A stretch of DNA of 64,000 nucleotides from Torpedo marmorata (GCA_977017645.1 OZ360222.1:107508001-107572000), one strand, 5' to 3'; numbered from the stretch's first letter, positions 49,612-63,330 are shown. The notes: generated from the sequence alone by a model not told the origin. Numbers and translations: made by a program.

Positions 49612-50909
49612 AAGCAAATAATTTCCTTAATTTCTTGCTTGATAGTACAATAAATTTCAATACCTTTTTTACCCCAGCTAGTGGGGATAGAGGGTTCCAG
49701 ATTTGGCAAGATCACGGTATATGTTCATTTAAAAACTTGTTTATAGATTCTAATTTTATTACTTTTGAACAGTTGGTTAATAAGTATAACTTATCTAGAA
49801 ACAATTATTTTAGATACTTTCAAGCTAGGAATTTTATAAATTCCTTGAGATTGGAGTTTCCTTTAGATTTAAAGTTAGTAATCATAGAAAAGGTTTTTAC
49901 TATCACTCCTGATATACCAAAACCATTGTCAGTATTTTATAACCTTTTAAAAGAAAATGTGATACAGCATGTGGATAAAATAAAGGAGGCTTGGGAAAGA
50001 GAGTTTTTAGAAGTTTTTTCACCTTCAGTGTGGTCCAATATTTTGGACCGTATCCATACCTCTTCATTATATGCAAGACATAACTTAATTCAATTCAAAG
50101 TAGTTCACAGAGCTCATTACTCGAAATCTTTACTGGCTAAATTTTCATCAAATATATCATCTATGTGTGATAGATGTTATGTTCATGAAGGTACATTATT
50201 TCACATGTTTTGGTTGTGCCCTAAGTTAGTTAGATTTTGGAACAAAATTTTTTGCACTCTTTCTTTGTTCTTAGCTACTCAATTAGATCCAAATCCATTT
50301 ATAGCAATATTTGGTATAAATGATCCTAGTAATCATGATCTTACTAATAATCAAAAACATATGATTGCTTTTTCTTCTCTGGTTGCAAGGTGACAGATCT
50401 TGCTAAAATGGAAGGATGGTAATCCTATATATGAAGATCGGCTATCAAGTTTAATGTCCTATTTAACATTAGAAAAGATTAGATGTTCAAATATTAAATT
50501 AAACCTAAAATTTACTAATATTTGGGGTTCCTTTATCGACTATTATCAGAGTTTATGATTCCTCATGATTTGAATTTATATTATTTCTACAGGTCAGTGC
50601 AATTCTGGGGTGGGGGTAGGTGGTAGGCTAGTTTAGATTGCTTTAGCTTTTATAAAAAAATGTATTATGATAAAATTACTATATTATCTTTTTTTTTGTG
50701 GCTTGGTTCTTTTTATACCTATTGGTATTATAATACTAAATTGTAAAGAAAAAAAATTGATATATATCTGTAATGTATACTCTGTTATGGATGGAGTAAT
50801 GGAACATGTGATAATGCTTTTCTTTGGTTTTTTTTCCTGTAAACGTATATAGTGAATGAACTGTTATATCCATGATTTTATGGAATTAATAAAGAGATTT
50901 AAAAAACAA
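49612..50909 (+). mobile_element. 5'-truncated L1 with a 16-bp TSD
   Basis: TSD AGAAATTAGAAATCCA at 49596-49611 and 50910-50925. ORF 49635..50393 carries the L1 C-terminal CDRC...HMFWLC motif. AATAAA plus A-tail. Confidence 0.92.
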
Positions 50910-51799
50910 AGAAATTAGAAATCCAGAAATTAGGCCTAAGTTATCTGGTTAACCCTGCCAGTGGAGGATGGAAGGAAATCAGGCCAGCACTGGAGAAACA
51001 CAGATACCTTGGAAGGTTGAAAGGTTAAAGGAGGTTGTACAAATAGACACGGACAATGCTGTGGCCGCCTTCGAAACACAAATTAGAATTTTAAAATCAA
51101 TTGTTTCTGGACTGGAAGCACTATCATTCAGTGAGCACAGAGGTGATGGCAAACAAGACATTCTGCAAGTTAAGGAATGGACAACAGTTTTGAATGAACT
51201 CATTTGCACAGGATACAAGATCTGAGAAGTAACAAGGACATGGGTGAAGGTTCCTGAAGCAGATAGCATCAGATGGGATGGAACTGGGCAACAGACTGAA
51301 CTAGGCAACTTTGGTGATAAGAAGTCTACAAGTTTGCAAGTTCAGCTCATAGCTAACTAAAACATTGTGACTGCAAGAAGTTTGGTTCATGTTCAGTCAG
51401 TGGCCGTGAAGCATAATAGAGCTGTTAGTGGAATTTGTGGCTAAGTCCATGTGTAATGGTTTTTGTCTTCCCAATATTTGATTGTAAGAAATTTACTCAA
51501 GTAACATGTGAGATCTACTGGGGTCAAAGAGAAACCATTGCAAGAACTTGGAAAACAAACAAAACTGAGGATGCTGGCATTTGAAACAAAATCAGAATTG
51601 CAGGAAGAATTCAGCTTGTTGGAAATAAAAACCAATTAATGTTTCATGTCAGGGACCCTATATCAAAACTGTACGAGATTATTTGATGACAGGCGCAAAT
51701 AAGAATGGAACCAGATAAGGAGTTCCCTTTGGCTGTATAGCGGGATTATTTTTGCTCAGAATTATCCTTTGCTATGTTGCATACGAGAAAGTGGAGCAG

Positions 51800-53500
51800 T
51801 AGCGAAAGGGACTTTAAATCAGGGGCATAGATAAGCATTTCTCTGGATACAAACGAGACTTCAGAATGGTGTGTTGCCTACTGGTGCTAGGATTAAAAAT
51901 GTCTCTAAGCAGGCACGAGACATTCTGAAAGGGGAGATTGAGCTGCCAGACGTTGTGATCCATTTAGGCACCAAAGACCAAGGCAGGAAGAGAGATTAGG
52001 TCCTGCAAAGGAAAGTTAAAAAGCAAGTTTAAGTATATTGCCACATGAACCAAGGTACCAAGTAGCAAGCAGGAGCTTTAGGGTTATTCCCAATGCCATG
52101 TGCTAGCAAGGCAATAGGAAAATAGAACAGCTGAGTGAATGACTAAAGAGCTGTTGTAGGAGGGAGGGCTGTAAATACCTGTATCATTGGGATCTCTTAC
52201 AGGGCAGGTGAGACTTGTACAAGAAAAATGGGTTGCACCTGAACTGAAGGGGCACCAATATCCTTCCAGAGAGATTTGCTGGTGCTACTCAGAAGAGTTA
52301 AAAATATTGTGGCAGATGGCTGGGAACTGGAACAGTTGATCAGCAGGTAAGTGATTAAAGAGAAGGTAGAAGTAGGTCTAATAGGAAGAACAGGCACGGC
52401 ATGGAAAGGAATAACGGTCTGAGTGTATTTATTTAAATCCAAGACATATTAAGAATAAGGCAGATGAGTTTAGAACCTGGATTAGTGCATGGAACTAAGA
52501 TGTAGCCATTTTAAAAACTTAGTTAAGAGAGGGGCTGGACTGGAAGCTCAATGTTCCAAGGTTTAGATGTTTCAGATGTGATAGAGAGGCATGGTCCTGT
52601 CTCATAATGTTGATTGAGTTTTGTGAGGAAGTGACAAAGACAATTGTTGAAGTAGGGCAGTGGATGTTGTCTACGTGGACATTAGTAAAGCATTTGACAA
52701 GGTCCTCGTGGTAAAGTGGTCCAGAAGATTAAGTCACATGGGATCCACTGTGAGTTGGTAAACTGGATACAAAATTGGCTTCTCATAGAAGACAGGGACG
52801 TGCTGGAGGTGTAAATTTTTGACTGTGACCAGTTCTGNNNNNNNNNNNNNNNNNNNNNNNNNNNNNNNNNNNNNNNNNNNNNNNNNNNNNNNNNNNNNNN
52901 NNNNNNNNNNNNNNNNNNNNNNNNNNNNNNNNNNNNNNNNNNNNNNNNNNNNNNNNNNNNNNNNNNNNNNNNNNNNNNNNNNNNNNNNNNNNNNNNNNNN
53001 NNNNNNNNNNNNTTACAGATGACTCAAAAATTGGTGGAGCTATGGATAGTGAGGAAGGTTGTCAAAAGATACAGCAGGATATGGATCAGTTGTAAATTTG
53101 GGCAGAGAAATGGCAGATGGAGTTTCATCTAGACAAGTGTGAGGTGATTTGACCTCAAATGTAAGAGGAAAGTAAAGAGTAAATGGCAGGACCCTTGTGA
53201 GCATTGTTGTACAGAGCAATCTTGGGGTGCAAGCACATAGCTTCCTGAAAGTAGCTATAAGTGCGATAGTGGTAAAGAAGGCAATATAGCAAGCTTGCTT
53301 TCATGAGTCGGGGTATTGAGTATAAAAGTTAGCAAGTAATTTAACTCTATTACTTGCTGTATAAAACATTATTTGGGCCACATGTGGTGTACTGTGTGCA
53401 GTCTGGTCGCAAGACTACAGGAAGAATGTGGAAGCTTTGCAAAGTGTGCAAATGAGGTTTACAAGGATGTTGCCTGGATTAGAGCTCATTAGCTTTAAAG
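51800..53500 (+). mobile_element. Degraded CR1 LINE (ORF1 esterase-like and ORF2 pieces) spanning a gap
   Basis: VCCLLGARIKNVS...ILKGE...DVVIHLGT (SGNH-esterase-like ORF1), VDVVYVDISKAFDKV and EALQSVQMRFTRMLPGL. Confidence 0.75.
52838..53012. other. Assembly gap
   Basis: Run of N. Confidence 1.
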
Positions 53501-53584
53501 AGATTCATAGATATCACCAGATGCTGAGTATCTTCTCTGATAATGCTCTGCTGGACCTCTACTATAACCATCTTCAGCTCCTGC

Positions 53585-55038
53585 CTATTTCAGGGGCTTG
53601 TCCCCTTAAGTTTTCTCTTCAGCATATGGAAGGCATGCTCAATTAGATTTAGATTGGGTGACTGACTTGGCCATTCAAGAATTTTCCAGTTTTTAGCTTT
53701 GAAAAACCCCTTGGTTGCTTTAGCAGTATGTTTGGGATCATTGTCTTGCTGTAGGATGAAGCACCATCCAATGAGTTTGGAGGCATTTGCTCGAACTTGA
53801 GCGGATAAAATGTTTCTATATACCTCAGAATTCATTTTGCAACTGCCATCAATGACAATAAGTGCGCCAGTACCTGTGGCAGCCATACATGCTCAGACCA
53901 CAATAACTCCACCACCATGTTTCACAGATCTAGGGCAATTCCTTTACGCCTCCACACTTTGCTCTTGCCATCACTCTGATATGGATTAATCTTGGTCTCA
54001 TCTGTCCACAAGACCTTTTCCCATATTCTGCAGGCTCTTTTAAATACTTCTTGGCAAACTGTAATCTGGACATCCTGTTTCTGTGGCTAATTAGTGGTTT
54101 GCATCTTGCAGTGTAGCCTCTATTTCTGTACATGAAGTCTTCTGCCGACAGAAGTCATTGACACGTCCACACCTGCCTCCTGAAGAGTGTTTCTGTTGTG
54201 CCGGACAGGCATTTGGGGATTTTTCTTCATTATGATGAGAATACTTCTGTCATCAGCAGTGGAAGTCTTCCTTTGCCTACCAGTCCATTTGCGATTACTG
54301 AGCTCACCAGTACACTCTTTCTTCTTAATGATGTTCCAAACAGTTGAGTTTAGTAATCCTTAGGTTTGGGCGATGTCTCTTACTGTTTTATTTTTGTTTT
54401 TCAGCCTTAGGGCGGCATGGTTGGCATAGCAGTTAGCGCAACGCCTTTACAGCACCAGCGATCGGGACCGGGGTTCGAATCCCGCGCTGTCTGTAAGGAG
54501 TTTGTACATTCTCCCCATGTCTGCATGGGATTTCCCCGGGGGCTCCGGTTTCCTCCCACCGTTCGAAACGTACCAGGGGTGTAGATGAATTGGGTGTCAA
54601 TTGGGCGGCACGGAGGCCGAAATGGCCAGTTATCGTGCAGTATGTCTATAAAAAAATAATGGCTGGCTTCTTTGACTTTCATTGGCACAACTCTGGTCCT
54701 CATGTTGAAAAATGGCAACTGTGGACTTCAAAGGTGATGAAAAGCTAAGAAGCAAGCCTAGCTCTCTTATACCTGCACCAATGAAGCAATTAAACATACC
54801 TGACGCCTGTGAAGGCAAATGTCCCAAACATTATGGTGCCCTAAAATGAGTGGACTATGTATAAAAAGTGCTGTAATTTCTACATGGTCAAACCAAAATG
54901 TATAAAAATAACCTTTAATAAAATCTGGAATGTGCACTTTAATCACATGCGAATTGTTTGATTACAAATTTAAAAGTGTGGAGCACAGGGGCAAATAAAG
55001 GAAAAAGGTGTCTGTCCCAAACATAATGGAGGGCACTG
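53585..55038 (-). mobile_element. Tc1 DNA transposon (IR/DR type), truncated at the 3' end
   Basis: Transposase remnants FILQQDNDPKHTAK...WPSQSPNLNLIEH and ARCKPLIS..RLQFAKKY. Terminus TA|CAGTGCCCTCC at 55040-55028. Inner direct repeat TGTCCCAAACATWATGG at ~54820 and ~55013. Confidence 0.92.
54409..54657 (+). mobile_element. tRNA-derived V-SINE inserted in the Tc1 element
   Basis: A box TGGCATAGCAG, B box GGTTCGAATCC, core GGAGTTTGTACATTCTCCCC...CTCCGGTTTCCTCCCAC and an A-rich end. Confidence 0.88.
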
Positions 55039-55040
55039 TA

Positions 55041-56555
55041 CTTCACACCTACTGCCCTATCTTCATCAATTTCTTGTGTTACCTCCTCAAAAAACTGAAT
55101 TAGGCTCATGAGGCACGACCTTCCCTTCACAAAGCCATGCTGACTATCCCTGAGAAGACAGTACTTGTCTAAATGCTCGTAAATCCTGTCCTTAAGAATC
55201 CTCTCCAATAGTTTGCCCACCACTGACGTAAGGCTCACTGGTCTATAACACTGGACAACAAATTTTTTCAAAAGGTTTGCTTCCTGAAAAAAAATTGGGG
55301 ATTATGATAGACAACTTCAAGCTGAACACAAAAATAATTTCAGATTTACTGTATCACGTAGCAAGTTGGAGAAACATTAAATGAACTTTTATTGAATTTA
55401 GCATGTTTAATCGCATCATGATGCTGACACATTGCATTAGTTCAACTGACCTAAAAATGTTTTGCCACTGATTTTCATTTGTACTGAGCATCTGATGCCT
55501 CTCGTGTCAGTATCCAACAATAGTCGGCCAGCATTGATGAATTCCAGTTGTCCTGATACCGCTTTTCCACGGTTGCAATGTCCTAGTGAAACCTTTCACC
55601 ATGTTCATCACTAATTGTACCACGATCAGCAGGGAAGAAGTCCAAGTGCGAATGCAGAAAATGAATTTTCAATGACATGTTGCACTTCCTGGTTTTGTAT
55701 GCTTGAAGCATGTTGTCAATCAGCTGGATATAGTTTGGTGCTCTGTAGTTGCCAAGAAAATTCTCAACAACATCTTTAAATGCCTTACATGGTATGTTGT
55801 ACTGAATCTTCCTGAAGACAATAAATGCTATTGTTAAGTACACTCACTATGCTATCGCCTGAAGAACGTGTGCATCAACATGCGTTCAATCTATATCAAT
55901 GTAATGCATAACATCTGTATATGTGAGCTGCTTTTATAGCCTGTCTGCATCTATCCTGACTAAGCATGCCCAGGCCTAAGACAACATTTGCATCGCACAT
56001 GCACTGAATGCATGCCCAGATATGCTTGGACTGACCAAAACAACTTACTTTGTGGGCGAGTAGACTTAAAATATGACAGGAAATTACTAAACTTAGGTTA
56101 TATCTAAAAAACGGTATGTGATAGGAACATTTTAAGGTGATTTTTGTGATCAGCAGCCCAAAATCCATAAAATACACCCAAAAATATTCAGGAACCAAAA
56201 TCTTTGTTGTCCAGTGTAATTCCCTGGATTCTCCCTATTACCCTTTTTAAAAAAGGGGACGACATTTGCCATTCTCCAATCCTCCGCCACCACCCCTGTG
56301 GTCAAGAAGGATGCAAAGATCATCACTAATGCCCAGGCAATCACTTCAATCCCTTCCCATAGCAACCTGGGGTATATCTCGTTCGGTCCTGGGGATTTAT
56401 CAATCCTAATGTTTTTAAGAAGATCCAGCACTTCCTATTTCTTAATCTCAACATGGTCCAACAGATAAGCTTGTTCTATTCTGACCTCACTTTGACTAAG
56501 ATGACTTTTCTCTGGTGAATACTGAAGCAAAGTATTCATTTAGGACCTCCCCAAC
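55041..56555 (-). mobile_element. CR1 ORF2 fragment split by a Chapaev3 element
   Basis: KSPGPNEIYPRLL...WRMANVVPFFKKGNRENPGNY | YRPVSLTSVVGKLLERI...SQHGFVKGRSCL is contiguous once the insert is removed. Confidence 0.9.
55249..56216 (-). mobile_element. Chapaev3 (CMC superfamily) DNA transposon, internally deleted
   Basis: TIRs CACTGGACAACAAA...TTTGTTGTCCAGTG, 3-bp TSD TAA (55246-55248 and 56217-56219), and transposase C-terminus FLGNYRAPNY...CNMSLKIHFLHSHLDFFP...SDEHGERFH...RYQ...MLADYCW. Confidence 0.88.
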
Positions 56556-56559
56556 AATC

Positions 56560-56780
56560 GCACTCTTTTTCCCAGGGTGGAAATGTCAAGTACTAAAAGG
56601 CATCGGTTTAAGGTGAGAGGGATAGAGTTTAAAGGAGATGTGCAAGGCATGTTTTTTTTTCACAGAGAATGGCAAGTGCTTGAACACACAGTAAGGGGAG
56701 CTGGTAGAAGTAGATTCAACAGCAACATTTAAGAGGCATTTAGACATGTGAACAAGCAGAAAATAAAGCGAAATGGATCA
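56560..56780 (+). mobile_element. CR1 3' fragment
   Basis: CTTTTTCCCAGGGTGG...GGTTTAAGGTGAGAGG...TTTAAGAGGCATTTAGAC, typical of CR1 3' ends. Confidence 0.7.
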
Positions 56781-56784
56781 TCAA

Positions 56785-57180
56785 GTATCCACACTACTCA
56801 GGACATGCTCTGTTCTCGTTGCTGCCATCAGGAAAGAGATATACGGTAGGTGCCACAAGACTCGTACCTCCAGGTTCAGGAACAATTGCTACCCCTCCAC
56901 CATCAGACTCCTAAACAACAGACTCAATCAGAGACTCATTTAAGGACTCTTACTCTGCACATTATTTACTGCTGAATTTTTTTTTTTCTGTATTACAGTC
57001 AGTTTGTTTGCATTTCTTTCTTGTTTACATTTCTCTCTTTTGTACATGTATCTTTCTTCTTATGTACAGTTTACAGTTACTGACAAGTAGAATTCTGCCT
57101 GGCCCACAGGAAAAAGAATCTCAGGGTTGTATATGATGTCATGCATGTATTCAGACACTAAATTTGAACTTTGAACTTTA
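56785..57180 (+). mobile_element. Rex1/Babar-type 3' end
   Basis: HYSGHALFSLLPSGKR...RTSRFRNNCYPSTIRLLN, then a tail ending (TTTGAAC)2. Confidence 0.75.
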
Positions 57181-58159
57181 AATTCAGGTAGATTGGATTA
57201 GTTTCGATTGGCATAATGGTTGGTGCAGTCAGTGGTACAATTAGTCTCAAGTTCAAATTTATTTATTATCTGATTGTACAGGTACAACCTGATGAAACAG
57301 CGTTCTCTGGTCCTTGGTACAACACACTGCCAACATACATACAAGCACACATACAGACAAACGATACATATGTATACAAATCTTAAAATAAATAAATATT
57401 ATTGTTAAATAAATAGTTGAGTCACAGAGGGTTTGTATGAGCAGTTCATTAGTCGTTTGGCAGTCTCACTGCCCGTGGGAAGAAGCTGTGTCTCAGCCTG
57501 TTCTGTGCTATACTGTACTGTTTTACTGTTCAATTGTTCTATTGAAAGCCTTTCATATATACACGGAACTGTAGAGAGAAAGGGGCTTTTAGGACTATAA
57601 AAGTTGAGCCAATTATGATAATTTTCAAGCCCTCTTGGAGGCCTTGACTGCAGCTTGCAGGGTTCTGCATGCAATTATATTTTCAAGAGGCTTGCTCATT
57701 CTGCGTGGAAAGTGATGAAGTTCATGTGGGCAGAGGTGTATTGGAATCAGAGGATGCAGAACAAGATTGCCAGGGAAAGGATACACAATTTATATATTAG
57801 TAACTCATTAAATAAAGCAACTTTATATGATAATGACAATCATGATAATGTTTATTGTTTTATATATATTGTGCAATGTACATATGCACCAAAATTCTTG
57901 CTTGCTGCAGCTGAACAGGTACTTTGTAAACTAAAACCGCAATGGTATACTTAATTGAATTAAAAAGAAACAATAAATACAAAAGATAGATTGATAATAA
58001 ATATGCAATATTATCCACGTCAACATTCGTGGCAGTTCAACCATTGCTGACTACTATCACCTTCACATAAATACTTCTTACAAATAAAGCAGGCAACTTC
58101 TTGATTACATGTAAAGGTTTAACATAAATACAGAACTGATTGCATTGAAAAAATTTTTA

Positions 58160-58335
58160 AATGCAGATGCTGAAAACCAGAAATAAAAATAGAAAATGCT
58201 AGAAATGCTCAGCAGAAACATTTCACATCGAAGATCCTTCATCAAGTCCTTGACCTGAAACAATAATTCTTTCTTTTCACCACTGATGTGGCGTAACCTG
58301 CTAAAGTTTCTAACATTCTCTGTTCTTGCTTTAGA
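58160..58335. mobile_element. Short Penelope-derived inverted pseudo-LTR remnant
   Basis: AAATGCTAGAAATGCTCAGCAG ... CCTGCTAAAGTTTCTAACATT form imperfect inverted arms similar to the 3745/4750 ends; central CCTTCATCAAG and CCTGAAAC. Confidence 0.55.
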
Positions 58336-59894
58336 ACTGATTGTATTACTGGTTATGTTTATACAATTCTTAACTTTCTTAGCCAAGCTTCCTATCATGC
58401 CTTAAGATGGCAATTTTGCAACCAATAACAAATAAAAGATCAAGAGGGGTTTACTTGACTTATCTTTCCTTGATTTCAATGAAATATTGCGGCACCTTTG
58501 TCTGTTTATAGGATTTTAGAAATGGATTTTATTTTTATAAAAATCTCTTTGTAGTTTATAGTCTAAGTTATGTTCTGCTGTGCTCCAAAGCTTGGTAGGT
58601 TTTAAGAAGGCCTCTGATATAACCAGTAAGTCAAAAATAGTAATGTGACCTCTGGCCACACTGCATTGCCAGATACTGGGTGTGTAAAGGGATGCATTTC
58701 ATATGGGGCAAGGTTCACTGAGATGAGTGGTATTAGGCTTAGAGATGTATCTAAATAAAAATGCAAACACGTAAGAGAAACTGGCATAAAGATCATAATA
58801 ACAAATAAAAGAGCTTCTGAAATATAAAGAGAGTCAATAAACATAACATTCCTATTTCAATGTTTGAAAGCTTTTTTTTTTGACAAATTGCTTTAAAATT
58901 AAATATGATAGTCATGGTGGGCTCCAATTTTAACAGGTTGTTTTTGCTCAGTAAATGTTAGAATATTGATATCTATCTCTGATTTAGTATCTCTATAAGT
59001 ACTTCATATCTAATGTAATCAGCCTCTTATTCATAAAATGAAACTCAATAAAGTAACAATTTCTATTCCAAAGATCTCAAATAAGAAAATCTCGTTTCCC
59101 AGGAAACATGCCTTTTGAATCCTCCGACTTAAAAAACCATTTTCTTTGAAATCACCCAGACTAAATATTCCCATTGTGCAAATCTCTGACGTGCTACTTA
59201 CTACTCAATGGATTGCATTTTATATTGACAAATATGTGCTGTTGCACACATATGAGCAGTGGATTCCCCCACAGCTAGTGCCAGATCTTGCCTCATTCTA
59301 TAACGATAGCAGTTAATTTGTCAGATAACATCCATCTTTTTTGATGTAAACTCTCTGTGGTCTGTGGAAGGTTGCATGCTGGCCCTTTGGATGACTGGCT
59401 TTTGCTCTTCCACTTTCATCTCTAATTGCATCTGGTCCATTGTGCATTGTTTATGCACCAATTTAAAACAGTTGATCAAAATTCCTTGTCATAGACTATT
59501 CTGGTGTTCTCCATTCTATGCCCAGGTTTCTATTTATCTGGGTCAAGGCAGGAAAGTTGATGGCAGAAGTGTATGCATGGGGTGGCCAGGAGGTTCATGA
59601 CCCAAAGTATGCATTAGGTATGCTAAAGATGTTGGTACATTCTCATTGTGTTGAATACGTGTGCTTAATATTTTCCTCCCACAGAGGTCAACGTTAAATT
59701 CCTGGGAATTTGCTTGGTTCTTGGGGTGTCACTTGCAGATAGCTTGTTAGGATAATGCCTAAAAGATTTGCTTTCAAACAATGCTTACGTATTTGGATGA
59801 TATTGGAATGGTGGCATCATCTTTAGTTCCATTTCTGAGAGTAGGCTATTGATCACTATCCACCATAAGCTCACTGACCACAACAAGTATTACA

Positions 59895-60820
59895 TTGATA
59901 TCAATGATCTGGATGATAATGTGATAAATTGGATCAGCACGTTTTCAGATGACACAAAGATTAGAGGTGTAGTGGACAGCGAGGAAGGCTTTCAAAGCTT
60001 GTAGAGGGATCTGGAGCTCCTGGAAAAATGGGCTGAAAAATGGCAGGTGGAATTTAATGCAGACAAGTGTGAGCTGTTGCCCTTCGGAAGGACAAGCCAT
60101 GGTAGGACATACACGGTAACCGGTAGGGCACTGAGGAGTGTGGTAGAACAGAGGGATTTGGGAATACAGATTCATAATTCCTTGAAAGTGGTGTTACAGG
60201 TAGATAGGGTCATAAAGAGACCTTTTCGTACATTGGCCTTCATAAATCAAAGTATTGAGTATAGGAGTTGGGATGTTAAGGTGAAGTTGTAAAAGACATT
60301 GGTGAGTATTGTGTGCAGTTTTGGTCACCTAACTACAGGAAGGATTGACAGAGTGCAGAAAAGATTTACAAGGATGTTGCTGGGACCTGAAGAACTGAGT
60401 TACAGGGCAGGGTTCAACAGGTTCGGATTTTATTCCTTGGAGCGTAGAAGAATGAGGGGAGATTTATAAGGGGCATAGATAGAGTAAATGCAAGTAGGTT
60501 TTTTCCACTGAGGTTAGGTGAGATAAAAACTAGAGAACATGGGTTAAGGGTGAAAGGGGAAAAGTTTAAAGGGTACATTAGGAGGAACTTCACAGAGAGA
60601 CTGGTGGGAGTGTGGAATGAGCTGCCAGCTGAATTGGTGGATGCAAGCTCAATTTTGACATTTAAGAAAAATTTAGACAGGTACATAGATGGGAGGGGTA
60701 TGGGGGGATATAGTCTGGGTGCAGGTCAATGAAACCAGGCAGAATAATAGTTTGGCACAGACTAGAAGGGCCGAAGGGCCTGTTTCTGTCCTGTAGCGTT
60801 CTATAGTTCTGTGGTTCTAA
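59895..60820 (+). mobile_element. CR1 LINE 3' fragment
   Basis: INDLD...FSDDTKI, EFNADKCELLPFGR, ending GGGCCGAAGGGCCTGTTTCTGTCCTGTAGCGTTCTATAGTTCT. Confidence 0.9.
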
Positions 60821-60829
60821 GTACCTGTA

Positions 60830-63330
60830 CATTGACTACATTTCCTCCCATTCTACTTCTTAAAGGTATTCTATTTCAATTGTAATTCAATTTCTCCATC
60901 TTAATCACTTGTTCTGGTGATACTACTGACATATAAGTGCACCTGTTCTGTTTTCCTTTCTCTGCAATCAAGAACTCCCCATTATTTTGGTTGACAGAGC
61001 CCTCAGCTATGTTTGTTTCATTTCCTGCATTCCTGCTCTCAATCCTCCACCTTTCATAGCTACGAACAGATTCCCACTGGCTTCATCTTCCAATTCACCA
61101 GCCACTTTACTCAATATATAATTTTCCACCACCTCTTGATTGAAAGCACCACCATAGGCACCCCTCCCCATCTCTCATTTCCAAACATTTGTGTCCAATC
61201 TTCAATCATCCCAACACCTAACCCCTTCCCATTGCACATTCCAATGCAAGCGCTAAAGATACAAATCCTGCCTTTTTATTTCTATCCTTCCTAACATTCA
61301 TGTCCCAAATCTTCTGTACTGGTGAAACTTATTGACCTGTCCTTTTAATTTAGTGCACTGCATTCACTACACATTGTGGTATGCTCTGCAGCAGTGACAC
61401 AAACCAACTCTCCGAGGTCTTCACAAAGATCTTCAACCTGTCCCTGTCTACATCCACCATCCCACCTTGCCTGAAGTTTGCCACAATCATTGCACTGCTG
61501 CAAAAGACTGTCATCAGCGGCCTCAACGATTACCGTCCGGTAGCACTCACACCGGTCATCATGAAGTGCTTTGAGAGGCTGGTTTTGCAGCACATCAAAG
61601 CCAGCCTCCCACCCACCTTTGACCCATACCAGTTTGCCTACAGAGCAAATAGGTCCACAGAAGACGCCATTGCCACTGCTCTTCACACTGCACTGACTCA
61701 CCTTGAACATCAGGGGAGCTATGTGAGGAGGCTTTTTATAGACTTTAGCTCTGCCTTTAACACCGTCATCCCGGGCAGACGGGTTACCAAAATTAATGAC
61801 TTAGGCTTTTCTCAACCCATCTGTCACTGGATCAAGGACTTTCTGACCAATTGCCCCCAGACTGTGCGATTAGGCCCTCACCTTTCCTCCACCCTTAAAC
61901 TCAGCACCGGCTCTCCACAGGGCTCTATGTTGAGCCCCATTCTCTATGCCCTCTACACTCATGACTGTGACCCCACTCATTCCACCAACACCATCATCAA
62001 GTTCGCGGATGACACGACTGTGGTTGGACTTATCTCAGGAGGAGATGAGACAGCCTACAGGGATGAAGTCCAAAGACTGACACCGTGGTGTTCAGAGAAC
62101 AATCTCGTCCTGAACTCCTCAAAGACAAAAGAACTCATAGTAGACTTCCGGAAGAACAGTGCAGACCCCGACCCACTATACATGAACGGGGACTGTGTGG
62201 ATAGGGTCATCACTGCTTTCAGGTTTCTGGGTACGCACATCGCAGAAGACCTCTCCTGGTCTACCAACACCACCTCAGTAGTCAAAAAGGCACAGCAGCG
62301 ACTCCACCTCCTGAGGATTCTCAGGAAAATCAATCTGCAGGAGAAGCTGCTGATGTCCTTCTACCGCTGCTCCATCGAGGGTGTGCTGGCATACTGTATT
62401 CCTGTGTGGTATGCCAGCTGCTCAGCAGCGGGCAGGAGAGTTCTTCAGAGGGTCATCAATATCACTCAGAAGATCATCGGCTGCTCACTGCCCTCTTTGG
62501 AGGATTTATTCAGCACTCGCTGCCTCAGTAGAGCAGTCAATATACTAAAAGACCCATCCCACCTTGGACATCATCTGTTTGAGCTGCTACCCTCAGGTAG
62601 ATGCTTCAGGTCCATTAAATCATGGACAAACAGACTTAAGAACAGTTTCTACCCCAGAGCCAAACGAGAACTAAACACTGCCAAGCACTGATACCGACTG
62701 GTTGGGATCTGTGTGACTATCATCACTACAATACTACAGTCACATCTATAGAACAGTTGTATACAATTATAACTGCACCTTTTTATGTATATATTCCGGA
62801 CTGCATTATTTGTACATAGAGCCACTACATTACAACTGCACTTTTGTATGTAAATATTCCCAACTGCACTACTTATATAGAGGGCCACTGCAATTTTCAA
62901 TCCCAGTAAATGTGCAATATCCAGAAGTGCAATATCTCAATATCTCAGTTGTTTTCGTATTGTTTTAATTGCTATTGTATTGGTTTTATATCTTATTGTT
63001 TACATTTTTTTCTTTTTTTTTAATTTCTGTTTGATTTGTGTGAATGCACCATTAGGATTGCTAATTAATTTTGTTGTACTCTGTGCAATGACAATAAAGG
63101 AATATCTATCTATCTCTATACAAACCAGATTGAGTGACCACCTTGTGAAATATTTGTGTTTAGTGCACAAGTGTTACCCTAAGTTTCTGGTTCATTATGA
63201 CTAAATTTCCGCCCCACTCCCAATCTGACCGCTCCAGTGGAGTTCACCTCAACTCATTTTAAGGGCTCACAGATATAACATTGAGTTTATCAACTTCAAG
63301 TTGCAGTCATAAATCCCGTTTTGTAGAATG
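60830..63330 (+). mobile_element. Old Penelope remnant (60830-61380 and 63115-63330) interrupted by a Rex1/Babar LINE
   Basis: KGILFQL..QFLHL at the start; the GIY-YIG-like text [11 protein letters not shown] | ...TRLSDHLVKYL is split by the Rex insertion. Confidence 0.55.
61381..62691 (+). CDS. Rex1/Babar-type reverse transcriptase ORF (5'-truncated, 436 aa open); element extends to ~63115
   Basis: [68 protein letters not shown] and FLGTHI. Tail TGACAATAAAGG followed by (TATC)n. Confidence 0.92.
   Translation: MLCSSDTNQLSEVFTKIFNLSLSTSTIPPCLKFATIIALLQKTVISGLNDYRPVALTPVIMKCFERLVLQHIKASLPPTFDPYQFAYRANRSTEDAIATALHTALTHLEHQGSYVRRLFIDFSSAFNTVIPGRRVTKINDLGFSQPICHWIKDFLTNCPQTVRLGPHLSSTLKLSTGSPQGSMLSPILYALYTHDCDPTHSTNTIIKFADDTTVVGLISGGDETAYRDEVQRLTPWCSENNLVLNSSKTKELIVDFRKNSADPDPLYMNGDCVDRVITAFRFLGTHIAEDLSWSTNTTSVVKKAQQRLHLLRILRKINLQEKLLMSFYRCSIEGVLAYCIPVWYASCSAAGRRVLQRVINITQKIIGCSLPSLEDLFSTRCLSRAVNILKDPSHLGHHLFELLPSGRCFRSIKSWTNRLKNSFYPRAKRELNTAKH

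Noticed and set aside
54409-54490. tRNA gene
   Set aside because: A and B boxes are present, but there is no complete cloverleaf and it runs into a V-SINE core.
61381-62691. Domesticated RT gene or retron/DGR-like system
   Set aside because: An ordinary 5'-truncated Rex1/Babar copy with its own 3' tail, no endonuclease or promoter, and no associated ncRNA or template/variable repeats.
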